DNA of 64,000 nucleotides, from assembly GCA_963665095.1 (NCBI GenBank), contig OY762069.1:4224001-4288000 (forward strand), in the 5' to 3' direction. How positions within the stretch are numbered: position 1 is the first letter of the stretch; each line of letters begins with the position of its first letter. A model generated the notes under the pieces. The model saw only the letters and a program-made list of their open reading frames with translations, did not search any database and was not told the origin of the DNA. The translations under genes and the position numbers were made by a program. Below are positions 29,455-39,413 of this stretch, piece after piece. The DNA comes from an uncultured Desulfobacter sp. GTDB lineage: Bacteria; Desulfobacterota; Desulfobacteria; Desulfobacterales; Desulfobacteraceae.

Positions 29455-29892
29455 ATGTGCATTCACTGCAATTACAAAGAGATGCTCCAAGATGCGGGTC
29501 TGTCCCCTACCCCGAACAGGTTGCGGGTGTTGGAAATCATCGGCAGCAACAACTTTCCGTTGTCTGCAACAGACATTCATGAAACCCTGGAACGGACCGC
29601 TCCCATCAACCGGGTCACTGTCTACCGCATCCTGGAACTGTTAGTGGAAAAAGAAATTGTGGCCAGGATCGCCACCGGTGGACGGGCCGCCTACTATGGC
29701 ATGGCACCCAACGAGCAGCACAAGGCCCACCCCCATTTCTACTGCACCGAATGCGGGCGCATGGACTGCCTGGAACCCGAAGCCGTCAACATCAATTTCA
29801 ACGCCTTTCAAAACACCTTTCCTGGACGCATTGACAAGTTTGAAATGCGCATAGACGGCATCTGCAGAAACTGCCTCAAAAAAAAGGAATAA
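29455..29892 (+). CDS. zur: Fur-family zinc uptake regulator
   Basis: TPNRLRVL, TVYRILELL, HPHFYCTECG, CRNC; located in the znu operon. Confidence 0.88.
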   Translation: MCIHCNYKEMLQDAGLSPTPNRLRVLEIIGSNNFPLSATDIHETLERTAPINRVTVYRILELLVEKEIVARIATGGRAAYYGMAPNEQHKAHPHFYCTECGRMDCLEPEAVNINFNAFQNTFPGRIDKFEMRIDGICRNCLKKKE

Positions 29893-30099
29893 GTCTCTTT
29901 GCAATTCCAGGGACACAAGATTCGTATTAAACACATCCGGTCTGAAAAACAAAAATACTTTCCAGTCCAGTTGCCGTTCCAAAAGCTTTAATCTCTTTTT
30001 GTGAAAGACGCATATACAAGGGCCGGCCAAAGGGCATCTCTTCTTTTTTACACGCCATAACGGCAAGACACCTCGCCGGGTTTCAGTGGCCTTGCCGCT

Positions 30100-31476
30100 T
30101 CAAAGAACAGGATTTTCCTGTCGCTGGTTACGGCAAAAGGTTTCCGGCATGAACCAGGAGGCTGTTAAGGCCACAAGTCCCAGCCCAAGCATAAGCTTGA
30201 ATCCTGACAGGTAGCCGTCTGCCCCGTAGACTCTGACCCCGTCAACCATGGTGCCGCTCCAGGACTTATCCAAAACCCAGCCCAGCAGGGGCTGAAGCAG
30301 GCTTGTTCCTGCAAAGGCACCGGTATTGACCACACTGACGGACATGCCGGCCAGACCGGGCAGGCTCATCTCCTTGGCAGCGGCAAAGGTGATCACAAAA
30401 CTGGCCCCGGAAAACCCCAGTACGCATAATAGAATCATGGGCCACACCCCGGCAGGAATCCCCATCCGGATCCATACGGCCCAGGCCAGACAATGGGCTG
30501 AAAGCCCTGCCAGCAGTATGGGCCTGCGTCGGCCCAGGCGGTCGGAAATCCAGCCAAAAACAAGTGATCCCACGGCAAAAGCTGCCAGCATGGCTGTCAG
30601 GTGTTTGGCTGCCAGATGGCGTTCCATGCCTGCCACATCCATGAGAAAGGGCGTGGCCCAGAGCCCCATAAAGGCGTAAAGACTGCCGATCATACCAAAC
30701 TGCACAATAAATCCCGGCCACAGGGATCGTTGGGCAATCACCCGGCCCAGCTCCCGTATCCAGCCACCGGCCGGTTCGCCCGCAATGTCATCTGTTTCTC
30801 CGTCAGGGTCTGTATTGCCGGCAGACCCACCGGACCCTACCGGAAGTGCCACCGGTTCAAACCCTAAATCCTGGGGGCGGCTGCGCACAATAAAAAATCC
30901 AGCCACAGCCAGCCCCACGGCCAGACCGCCAAGCCCCACAAAGACCGTCCTGAAAGTCATGTGATCCAAAATGGCTGCCAGGGGGCCGGCAGCAAGAATG
31001 GAACCCAGATTGCCCAGCAGCAGGGTCAGCCCGCTCATGAACCCGTAATGCCGGGGACTGAACCACTCGGCATTGCTTTTCATGATACTGACAAAAATCA
31101 CGGAAACACCCAGACCCACCATGAGCCGCCCGCACCAGGCCAGGGCAAAGGTGGGTGCAAGACCGAAAATGATCGAACCCAGACCTGCCATGGCATTGCC
31201 CGCCACCATGGAAAGCCGGGTGCCCAGCTTATCCGCCACCACGCCGGACGGAATCTGCATGGCGGCATAGACCATGAAATAGGTGGCGGCAAGGGAACCC
31301 AGGGCGGCACCGGTAATCCCGAACGCCGCCATAAGCTCATCCCGCAGCATGCCCGGGGCCATGCGATGGAAATAGACCAGCACATAGGCCAGGATGAACA
31401 ATCCGAAAATCGACCAGCGGGCAGTTTCAAATTTGAACCGGTTCTGTTCCCGGTCTTTTGTTTCAGGCTGTTTCAT
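30100..31476 (-). CDS. MFS transporter
   Basis: About 12 TM segments; GVVADKLGTR and SDRLGRRRP motif A. Confidence 0.9.
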   Translation of the reverse strand: MKQPETKDREQNRFKFETARWSIFGLFILAYVLVYFHRMAPGMLRDELMAAFGITGAALGSLAATYFMVYAAMQIPSGVVADKLGTRLSMVAGNAMAGLGSIIFGLAPTFALAWCGRLMVGLGVSVIFVSIMKSNAEWFSPRHYGFMSGLTLLLGNLGSILAAGPLAAILDHMTFRTVFVGLGGLAVGLAVAGFFIVRSRPQDLGFEPVALPVGSGGSAGNTDPDGETDDIAGEPAGGWIRELGRVIAQRSLWPGFIVQFGMIGSLYAFMGLWATPFLMDVAGMERHLAAKHLTAMLAAFAVGSLVFGWISDRLGRRRPILLAGLSAHCLAWAVWIRMGIPAGVWPMILLCVLGFSGASFVITFAAAKEMSLPGLAGMSVSVVNTGAFAGTSLLQPLLGWVLDKSWSGTMVDGVRVYGADGYLSGFKLMLGLGLVALTASWFMPETFCRNQRQENPVL

Positions 31477-32309
31477 CAGTACGTTGACACGATGCCGCCG
31501 TCAAAAAGCAGATCACCGCCCACAAGGTATTTGGCATGCCTGGAAAAGCCCATCACAAAGAGGTTGCCCACCTCCACCGGGCTCATCATCTCCTTAACCC
31601 GGGACGCGCCCATCATCACATTGGTCACCACCTCTTCCTCCGTGATCCCCCGCTGCTTTGCCTGGGCCGGAATCTGGCCCAGGGCCAGGGCGGTTTTCAC
31701 AAAGCCTGTACTCACGGTAAAGCCCCGGATTATGCCTGCCCCTTCCGCCGATATGGATTTGGCCAGCCCCAGCAGGGCAAACTTGGCAATATTATATGAG
31801 GGCTTGTTCAGGGTGCAGATATGGGCGTGGATGGAGGCCATGTTGCCGATGGCTCCGCCGCCGGCCTCACGCATCATGGGCATGACCCTGCCGGAGAGAT
31901 AGAACGGGGCACGGACCATGATGCGCTGCATTTTGTCAAACATCTCTATGGGAAACTTGTCAATGGGATCCACATGCTGGATACCGGCAATATTGGCCAG
32001 AAACCGCACCTGTCCGAGTTTTGCCGCTTCAGCCACGGCGAAGTCCATCTGTTCATCCACGGTGAGATCACAGGGGATAAAGGTCATTCGCCCGCCAAGG
32101 TCTTCGCAAAGTTTTCGGGTCTCTTCACCTGCCTTTTCATTATAATCCAGCCCCGCCACGGTGAGCTTATTAGCGGCAGCGGCCACGGCAGTTGCCCGGC
32201 CGATGCCGGAGCCCGCGCCGGTCACGATACATACCGTATCCGGTGTGAAAAGGTCATCTTTTATAATCAGAATCTCATCAGCGGTAATGACCGGTTCATT
32301 GATATCCAT
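31476..32309 (-). CDS. SDR family, probable D-3-hydroxybutyrate dehydrogenase
   Basis: TGAGSGIG, AGIQHVDPIDKFP, SIH, K.SYNIAK, GFVKTAL..GQIPAQAKQRGI. Confidence 0.82.
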   Translation of the reverse strand: MDINEPVITADEILIIKDDLFTPDTVCIVTGAGSGIGRATAVAAAANKLTVAGLDYNEKAGEETRKLCEDLGGRMTFIPCDLTVDEQMDFAVAEAAKLGQVRFLANIAGIQHVDPIDKFPIEMFDKMQRIMVRAPFYLSGRVMPMMREAGGGAIGNMASIHAHICTLNKPSYNIAKFALLGLAKSISAEGAGIIRGFTVSTGFVKTALALGQIPAQAKQRGITEEEVVTNVMMGASRVKEMMSPVEVGNLFVMGFSRHAKYLVGGDLLFDGGIVSTY

Positions 32310-32354
32310 AATCGGGTCCTTTCGTGTCTGTTTTGTTAAAACGCCTGGTTACCG

Positions 32355-34301
32355 CTACGAAGACAACGCATCCAGATCTCTGTAATAATCCAGAGCTTCC
32401 GGATTTTTCAGGGCATCTGTATTCTTCACCGGGCGGCCGTGGATCACGTTTCTTACGGCCAGCTCCACCTTTTTCATGTTCAGGGTATAGGGGATATCGG
32501 GGACGGCGATAATCTTCGCCGGCACATGCCGGGGAGAGGCATTGCTGCGGATATCAGACCGGATTTTGGCTTTCAGTGCTTCGTCTAACACAATTCCGTC
32601 GGGCAGTTTAACAAAAAGGAGCACCCGGACATCGTTTTCCCAGTTCTGCCCCACAACCACAGAGTCCTCGATTTCAGGCATCTGCTCCAGACGCCGGTAG
32701 ATCTCGGCAGTGCCTATGCGCACCCCGCCCGGATTCAGCGTGGCATCGGACCGGCCATAGATAATCACTCCGCCTCTCTCCGTAATTTCAATAAAGTCCC
32801 CATGGGTCCACACCCCGGGATATACATCAAAATAGGCAGAATGATACCGGGAGCCGTCTTCATCCCCCCAGAATTTCACCGGCATGGATGGAAAGGCCTT
32901 TTCACAAACCAGTTCACCCTGCTCGCCGATCAGGGGCTTGCCATCGGGATCGTAGGCGGCGACTTTCATGCCAAGCCCCCTGCACTGGAGTTCGCCTGCG
33001 TACACAGGATCCAGGGGGTTACCCAGGGCAAAGCAACCGTTGAGATCAGAACCGCCGGAAATGGAGGAGAGCTGCATGTCGCCCTTGATCTCCCGGTAGA
33101 TAAAATCAAAATCCTCGGCTGACAGAGGAGAGCCTGTGGACAACAGGGAGCGAAGGGATGACAGATCAAAATCCCTGCCCGGCAGAACCCCTGCGTTTCG
33201 CAAGGCTGCGATATATCCGGCAGAGGTTCCGAATATGGAGATCTTCTCCTCTTCAGCCATGCGCCACAGGGCATCAGGTCCCGGATGGAAGGGATTGCCG
33301 TCGTAAAGCACCAGGGTGGCCCCCAGGGACAGCCCGCAGGTGAGCCAGTTCCACATCATCCACCCGCAGGTGGTAAAGTAAAACAGGGTGTCCTCCCGCC
33401 TGAGATCGGTATGCAGTTTCAGCTCCTTCATCTGGTGGACCAGGACCCCGCCGGCACTTTGCACCATGCACTTGGGAAGGCCAGTGGTGCCGGAGGAGTA
33501 CATGATGTAAAGGGGATGCTCAAAGGGCAGCTGCGTAAAGATCATCTCCTGGTTGTCCAGACCAAAATCCTCATAGGCAACCGCTTTGGGAAGACCTGAA
33601 ATATCCGGAGACTCCGAAATATAGGGTACCACCACCAGCTTTTCTATGGACGGAATCTGTTCCATGATGCCGGCCACCCGCTCCAGGCATGACAGGGGCT
33701 TGCCCTTGAAGAAATACCCGTCTGCCGCAACCAGTACTTTGGGCTGGATCTGTCCGAACCGGTCCATGATGCCTTTGATGCCGAAATCCGGAGAACAGGA
33801 TGACCAGAGCGCGCCAATGCTGGTGGCCGCCAGCATGAAAATAATGGTTTCAGGCATGTTGGGCATGAAGCCGGTCACCCGGTCACCTGGTTTAAGTCCC
33901 ATATCTCTTAAGGCTGCCGCCACAGACGCTGTTTTCTCATAGAGTTCCGCATAGCTCAGGGTCTGCCGGACCTTATCTTCACCGCGAAAAATAAGTGCTG
34001 TCTCATTGTCCCGGTACCTGAGCAGATTTTCAGCAAAGTTCAGCCTGGCACCTTCAAACCAGCGGGCCCCGGGCATCTTGTTTTCGTCATCCACCACCCG
34101 GGTGTAGGATTTTGAGTAATGAATACCCTCTTCCTTCCAGATCTCTGTCCAGAAATCGGAAACATTTTCCACAGACCAGGTATAAAGGTCGCTGTACTCT
34201 TTCAGGCTCAGATTGCGGGAAGCATTGACCCGCTGCATGAACCGATACATATTTGAGGCCTCCCGGCGCTGGGACGAGGGGGTCCATAAAAGTCGTGACA
34301 T
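32355..34301 (-). CDS. Acetoacetate--CoA ligase
   Basis: WFEGARLNFAENLL, YSSGTTGLPKC, TTCGWMMWNW, GRSDATLNPGGVRIGTAEIY, KKVELAV. Confidence 0.93.
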   Translation of the reverse strand: MSRLLWTPSSQRREASNMYRFMQRVNASRNLSLKEYSDLYTWSVENVSDFWTEIWKEEGIHYSKSYTRVVDDENKMPGARWFEGARLNFAENLLRYRDNETALIFRGEDKVRQTLSYAELYEKTASVAAALRDMGLKPGDRVTGFMPNMPETIIFMLAATSIGALWSSCSPDFGIKGIMDRFGQIQPKVLVAADGYFFKGKPLSCLERVAGIMEQIPSIEKLVVVPYISESPDISGLPKAVAYEDFGLDNQEMIFTQLPFEHPLYIMYSSGTTGLPKCMVQSAGGVLVHQMKELKLHTDLRREDTLFYFTTCGWMMWNWLTCGLSLGATLVLYDGNPFHPGPDALWRMAEEEKISIFGTSAGYIAALRNAGVLPGRDFDLSSLRSLLSTGSPLSAEDFDFIYREIKGDMQLSSISGGSDLNGCFALGNPLDPVYAGELQCRGLGMKVAAYDPDGKPLIGEQGELVCEKAFPSMPVKFWGDEDGSRYHSAYFDVYPGVWTHGDFIEITERGGVIIYGRSDATLNPGGVRIGTAEIYRRLEQMPEIEDSVVVGQNWENDVRVLLFVKLPDGIVLDEALKAKIRSDIRSNASPRHVPAKIIAVPDIPYTLNMKKVELAVRNVIHGRPVKNTDALKNPEALDYYRDLDALSS

Positions 34302-34374
34302 GACGCTTTCTCCTTTTTACTTGAATTGTTGCAGGACAATCCTGTCAGGCATCCTGCTATGTACATTATCCGGA

Positions 34375-35709
34375 CTAATCCACCATAACCGAAGGCAGCC
34401 ACATTACCGCTTCCGGAAACACCGCACAAAGTATGAGCCCGATCATCATCAGCGTTACAAAGGGAACTATGCCCCGGTAAACATGGGCCAGTTTCACCCC
34501 GGGGGGCGCCACGCCCTTGATATAAAAGAGCGCATACCCAAAGGGCGGGGTTAAAAATGACGCCTGAAGATTGACCGCAATCATTACTACAAACCAGACC
34601 ATATCAAATCCAAGGTCTTTGGCAATGGGAAGAAACAATGGAAAACAGATCAACACGATGCCGATCCAGTCGATGAACATGCCCAAAAGAAAAACAATGG
34701 CCATCATTACCCAGAATACACCCCACTTGCCAAAGCCTAATCCCAGAACAAACCCGGTGACCACATCGCCGCCCCCAACCCCCAGGAAGACACCGGTAAA
34801 ACAGGTGGCGCCGCAGAGCAGGAATATGACCATGGTGTTGATACGAACCGTATTGATGGCTGCGTTTTTAAGTACTTCCCAGGAAAATTTCCCGTAAACA
34901 ACCACCATGAGAAAGGCAATGAACGCCCCCACACCGGATGCTTCCGTGGGCGTGGCAATGCCGGTGAAAATACTTCCCAGAACACCTAAGACCAGGATCA
35001 TGGGCGGGACTAAAGACTTCATCACCATGAAAAAAATCTGGGTCTTGGAAACCTCTGAGGCTTCCTCTTTGCTGATGGGAGGGCCCAGGTCCGGATTTTT
35101 CCAGCACCGGATAAAAATATAGGCCACGTACAGGACTGAAAGAATCATTCCGGGAAACACGGCTCCGGCAAACAGCTTGCCCACCGAAATCGTGGCCTGG
35201 TTGGCCATGACCACCAGCATGATGCTGGGTGGAATCAGAATTCCCAGGGTCCCGGAGGCGGAGATGGCCCCGCAGCTCAGCTCCTTCTGATAACCGTATT
35301 CGATCATCATGGGCAGTGCCAGAAGTCCCATGGTCACAATGGAGGCGCCCACAATGCCGGTACAGGCGGCAAACAGGGTGGAAACAATGACCACCGTGAG
35401 GCCTATCCCGCCGGGCATGGGGCCTAACAGATAGCGCATGGCCCGGAACAGCTCTCCTGCCACCCCGGACGAGTCCAGAAGCTGGGCCATGAAAACAAAG
35501 AGTGGTATGGCCAGCAGGACATAGTTGTCCATTACCCCCCAGATGCGGTTCATAAAAAGATAGAAGATAGACGGCCCCCAGCCGATATACCCGAACACAA
35601 CGGCAAGGCCGCCTAACACAAATGCCAGGGGATGCCCCATGAACAGGCCGATCAACAGGCCTGCGAACATCAGAATCGTTAACCACTCCGGACTGATATC
35701 AAACATCAT
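34375..35709 (-). CDS. TRAP transporter large permease (DctM)
   Basis: LLAIPLFVFM, GTLGILIPPS, TPTEAS, FLTPPFG. Confidence 0.93.
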   Translation of the reverse strand: MMFDISPEWLTILMFAGLLIGLFMGHPLAFVLGGLAVVFGYIGWGPSIFYLFMNRIWGVMDNYVLLAIPLFVFMAQLLDSSGVAGELFRAMRYLLGPMPGGIGLTVVIVSTLFAACTGIVGASIVTMGLLALPMMIEYGYQKELSCGAISASGTLGILIPPSIMLVVMANQATISVGKLFAGAVFPGMILSVLYVAYIFIRCWKNPDLGPPISKEEASEVSKTQIFFMVMKSLVPPMILVLGVLGSIFTGIATPTEASGVGAFIAFLMVVVYGKFSWEVLKNAAINTVRINTMVIFLLCGATCFTGVFLGVGGGDVVTGFVLGLGFGKWGVFWVMMAIVFLLGMFIDWIGIVLICFPLFLPIAKDLGFDMVWFVVMIAVNLQASFLTPPFGYALFYIKGVAPPGVKLAHVYRGIVPFVTLMMIGLILCAVFPEAVMWLPSVMVD

Positions 35710-36214
35710 CCCACTCCTTGATTATGAAGATCTCCTTGATTACCTGGGATATTCCCTGGAGCAGCAGCAGCCCAAAGGTTACCACAATCACTGTTTTCAC
35801 AGGGTAAAGGGGCGGCGCAAACACACTCCAGGTATGTTCCTTCATCTTCCATGATGTGGCGGCAAAAATGTACCCCTGCCAGATCCCCACAATGCAGAAC
35901 GGGAAATAGAAAATCAGGTAGGAAATAATTGATAACACAGCCTGCTTTTTTTTAGACAACACCTGGGTAAACACATCCACTGACACATGGGACCCGTACA
36001 GCAGGCCATATGCCGCCACCAGCATAAAATGAACAGCATAGATCTGTTTCAGGGTCTCAAAACTCCAGATCGTAGGCGATCCAAATCCCCGCCTCAGGAT
36101 AACTTCCATCACCGTGAGCAGCACCAGCGGAACAATGAGCCAGGCAAAAAGCCTGCCGATCCAGTCATTCAGCCCGTCCACGGCCCGCCGGACTCTTAAC
36201 AGCGCGTTCTTCAA
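35699..36214 (-). CDS. TRAP transporter small permease (DctQ)
   Basis: Four TM segments, EVILRR, HVSVDV; likely TTG start at 36214 after AAGGAGG. Confidence 0.9.
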   Translation of the reverse strand: MKNALLRVRRAVDGLNDWIGRLFAWLIVPLVLLTVMEVILRRGFGSPTIWSFETLKQIYAVHFMLVAAYGLLYGSHVSVDVFTQVLSKKKQAVLSIISYLIFYFPFCIVGIWQGYIFAATSWKMKEHTWSVFAPPLYPVKTVIVVTFGLLLLQGISQVIKEIFIIKEWDDV

Positions 36215-36353
36215 AGTCACCTCCTTGCGGCACTTTAATTCCCTATGCCGCGCTTCAAGCAAATTGACATGATTACCTATGAATACAGCAGTCCCCAGAT
36301 TCTGCCCGCAGGCAGTTACTCACACGCCTGCAGGCGCTTATAATAAAGTTCCG

Positions 36354-36427
36354 GGGTTTGGGCCAGAAGCTGCCCAGATGCAAAATTTTCTGCAACGCCG
36401 CAGGTGGGCGGCTTCTGGTTCAAACCC
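36354..36427. repeat. REP/MITE-like palindromic repeat, short copy
   Basis: GTTTGGGCCAGAAGCTGCCCAGATGCAA...AACGCCGCAGGTGGGCGGCTTCTGGTTCAAAC; related to 40511-40632. Confidence 0.8.
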
Positions 36428-37506
36428 TATTTAATGTCCGGGTAGGAGGCTGGATTGTATCCAAACCCAAATGGGCCTTCCATCTGGCGCCATTTGGCAA
36501 ATTTTTTCCGGAATTCAATCTGGGACTGGATGGATTTTTTAAACAGCGGCTCTTTGGCGGCAATCTCTTCGGTGTGCTTGTCGATAAGCGTCTGAACGCG
36601 GGCCAGATCCTCTTCAGGATAGGAATTGATCTCAATGCCCTTGTCTACGAATTTCTGGGTATATTCGATAACGTCATAGTATTGTTTGCACAAAAACTCC
36701 AGGGTGGCAACCTTGGCGGCATAGCTAATGGTCTGCTTAAGATCGTCAGGCAGTTCCTCCCATGCCTTTTTGTTGATCATTACGCCCATGACCGATGCCG
36801 GCTGATGCCATCCGGGGACTGCCCAGTATTTGGTAACTTCGGCAAAACCCATGCCCCAGTCAGATGAAGGGCTTGAAAATTCACAGGCATCAATGGTGCC
36901 TTTCTGCATGGCCTGGTAGATTTCCTGACCGGCCATGGCCACCTGGGCGGCCTGAAGGTCTTCCAGCAGATGCCCCTGGGTTTTTCCGGACATACGGATT
37001 TTCATTCCCTTAAGATCGTCCAGGCTTTTGATGGGTTTGTTACTGCGGATGCCACACTCCATGGGGGTGACCCCGGTAACCAGATAGTGCATGCCGAACT
37101 TGCCGTAGGCTTCCTGGTAAATGCCCAGTCCGCCGGCACTGTAAATCCAGAGCATGTAATCCATGGGGGTAAGTCCCATGGGGTAGGAGCCCAGGGAGTC
37201 AAACACCCGGTCTTTGCCGGCCCAGTAGTTGGGCCAGTCGCCGGCTGCCTGGATAGTTCCCTTGCTTACAGCATCAAACACCTCATAGGAGGGCATAAGG
37301 GTTCCGCCCGTGAAAAACTGGATTTTAAGCCGGCCTTCGCAAAGGTGGTTCACTGCCTTTACAAAGGCCTGGTCCGCCTCTATCAGGGAAATTGACGGGG
37401 GCCAGGTGGAAGTCATTTTCCACCGGATCACTTTGGCTGAAAGCGGGCTGGCTGCCCAGATTGTTAAAATCCCTGCCAGAACCAGAATAGACGTAATCTT
37501 CTTCAT
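36427..37506 (-). CDS. TRAP transporter substrate-binding protein (DctP, monocarboxylate-type)
   Basis: Signal peptide, WKMTSTWP, FDAVSKG, YWAGK, LKGMKIR, PGWHQP. Confidence 0.93.
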   Translation of the reverse strand: MKKITSILVLAGILTIWAASPLSAKVIRWKMTSTWPPSISLIEADQAFVKAVNHLCEGRLKIQFFTGGTLMPSYEVFDAVSKGTIQAAGDWPNYWAGKDRVFDSLGSYPMGLTPMDYMLWIYSAGGLGIYQEAYGKFGMHYLVTGVTPMECGIRSNKPIKSLDDLKGMKIRMSGKTQGHLLEDLQAAQVAMAGQEIYQAMQKGTIDACEFSSPSSDWGMGFAEVTKYWAVPGWHQPASVMGVMINKKAWEELPDDLKQTISYAAKVATLEFLCKQYYDVIEYTQKFVDKGIEINSYPEEDLARVQTLIDKHTEEIAAKEPLFKKSIQSQIEFRKKFAKWRQMEGPFGFGYNPASYPDIK

Positions 37507-37602
37507 CCCATGCTCTCCTTAATTTAATGTTATGTGTTAAATGCACCGGTACCGGGAAAGGTGCCGGAGAATCTCTTTGTCGAAGGTGCAGCTCCCTGAT
37601 TT

Positions 37603-37618
37603 AGCAAATGACATGCCA
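37603..37618 (-). promoter_or_regulatory. Sigma54 -24/-12 promoter of the TRAP operon
   Basis: Minus strand TGGCATGTCATTTGCT matches TGGCA(C)-N5-TTGC. Confidence 0.85.
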
Positions 37619-37706
37619 GAAGGTACAGCTCCCTCCTGAACGCCCTGAAATAGAAAGGCTTTTATTCTATAAATCAAATTCAGACTTTGGAATGACCTCT
37701 AAAATG

Positions 37707-37724
37707 TGTAGCCACAACGCGACA
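37707..37724. promoter_or_regulatory. Putative enhancer site for the sigma54 activator
   Basis: TGTAGCCACAACGCGACA (TGT-N12-ACA) about 90 bp upstream of -24; similar TGTTGACGATTTACTACA at 39218-39235 before the activator gene. Confidence 0.5.
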
Positions 37725-37777
37725 GATGCTGCCCAATCGAAGTCATGAGAAAGCGGGGTCAGGCAGAAAGCATGGAC

Positions 37778-39190
37778 TTATAAATTCGCATTCAGCGGCA
37801 GGGCGTATTTTCGAATTTTTTTATATAAGCTGGTTCTGTGAATCCCTAAAAGCTTGGCAGCTTTACTTTTATTATAGTCACAGGATTCAAGGGCTGCCAG
37901 AATGGCATCCCGTTCGGTGCGGGTCTGCAAATCCTGAAGCTTCCCATGCCCCCCCGAAGGCCGGACAACAGCTGCTGTCACCGTGTCAGGCAGATCCCAT
38001 TCCCGGATCTTTTTCCCGTCAAACTGACTGAAGGCCTGTTCCAGGGCATTGACCAGCTCCCGGACATTCCCCGGCCAGGTGTGATTCTCCAGAAGTGCCA
38101 TGGCCCCTGGCAGAAGCGTTGGAACAGGGTGCCCGGCCTGGCGGGCAATTTCCCTGAGCAGGTATTTCGCCAGAAGAGAAATATCACCGTTTCTGTCCCG
38201 CAGAGGAGGCAGATTCAAAGAGATTACGTTAAGACGATAAAACAGGTCGTTCCTGAACCGGCCTTGGTTCATACGCCGGCCCAGGTCTTGGTTTGTGGCG
38301 GCAATAACCCTGAAATCGCATTTAATGACCCGGGTACCGCCCACACGTTCAACCGCTTTTTCTTCCAGGACCCGCAGTAGTTTAGCCTGCATACTGACGG
38401 GCATATCCCCGATCTCATCCAGGAAAATCGTGCCCTGATGGGCCAGCTCAAACTTGCCTGGTTTACCGCGGTTACCGGCCCCTGTATACGCGCCGGGATC
38501 ATAGCCGAAAAGCTCGGATTCCAGAAGATTTTCAGGAATGGCCGCACAATTGATTTTAACAAAAGGGTAGTTTTTTCGAACGCTGTGGTTATGGATAGCA
38601 TGGGCGAAAAACTCTTTTCCCGTACCGCTTTCACCGCTGATGAGCACCGGAAACGCATTGGCGGATGCCCGCCGGGCCTGGGACCGGACCCTGACCATGG
38701 GGTCACTTTCCCCAATAATGCTGTCAAAGGTATACCGGGCTGTATGGCCGCTGTGGCTTTCGTGACGGTTGGCGGCACCGTCCAGGGCCTCCACCGTTCT
38801 TGCCAGATGGGTGACCTTGTTCAGGTCGCTGAACAGAACCCTGCCAAATACGGCAATCACCCTGTCGTAACGTTTCACCGGGATCCGTTCGACCATAATA
38901 TTCACCCCGCGCAGGTTCTGGATCTGGTTGAGCTCTGAGATACCGGTCTGTCCCACCACGTGCATCCGAGAGTTATCAATCACCTCGGTACAGTGCCGGC
39001 CCACCTGAACTTCAGGATCCACTTCAAGGAACTGTCCATAGGAAGAGTTCAGATAGAGGATGTAGCCATCGGGATCTGTGATGATAATGCCGTTTTCCGT
39101 ACTGTCGAAAATCCGAAGAAACAGATCAACCTGCTGCCTGAAATCATCGGACCCATCACCTAAACCTGCCATGCCTGTATATGAATGCAT
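37778..39190 (-). CDS. PAS-domain sigma54-dependent transcriptional activator
   Basis: GESGTGKE, ESELFG..GAYTGA, FLDEIGDM, WPGNVREL, C-terminal Fis HTH. Confidence 0.95.
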   Translation of the reverse strand: MHSYTGMAGLGDGSDDFRQQVDLFLRIFDSTENGIIITDPDGYILYLNSSYGQFLEVDPEVQVGRHCTEVIDNSRMHVVGQTGISELNQIQNLRGVNIMVERIPVKRYDRVIAVFGRVLFSDLNKVTHLARTVEALDGAANRHESHSGHTARYTFDSIIGESDPMVRVRSQARRASANAFPVLISGESGTGKEFFAHAIHNHSVRKNYPFVKINCAAIPENLLESELFGYDPGAYTGAGNRGKPGKFELAHQGTIFLDEIGDMPVSMQAKLLRVLEEKAVERVGGTRVIKCDFRVIAATNQDLGRRMNQGRFRNDLFYRLNVISLNLPPLRDRNGDISLLAKYLLREIARQAGHPVPTLLPGAMALLENHTWPGNVRELVNALEQAFSQFDGKKIREWDLPDTVTAAVVRPSGGHGKLQDLQTRTERDAILAALESCDYNKSKAAKLLGIHRTSLYKKIRKYALPLNANL

Positions 39191-39413
39191 ATCCCCCTCT
39201 TTATACAATCAGCTACATGTTGACGATTTACTACAATCCTTTAGAACAGACTGGACAGCGATGTCAATAATTTTAGAAGGATAAGCCTGATCCGGGATAA
39301 CCGGTATTAATTTTTCCGGTTTCGGGAAGGCAGATTGAAATATCCACTGCGGGGATATGCGCTGTCATGGGCTGTTGCGAATGAAAACCTTTGCTGAAGT
39401 GGATCTTTATGGA

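Noticed and set aside
30961..31902. 313 aa plus-strand ORF
   Set aside because: Antisense to the MFS and SDR genes; composition typical of a shadow frame.
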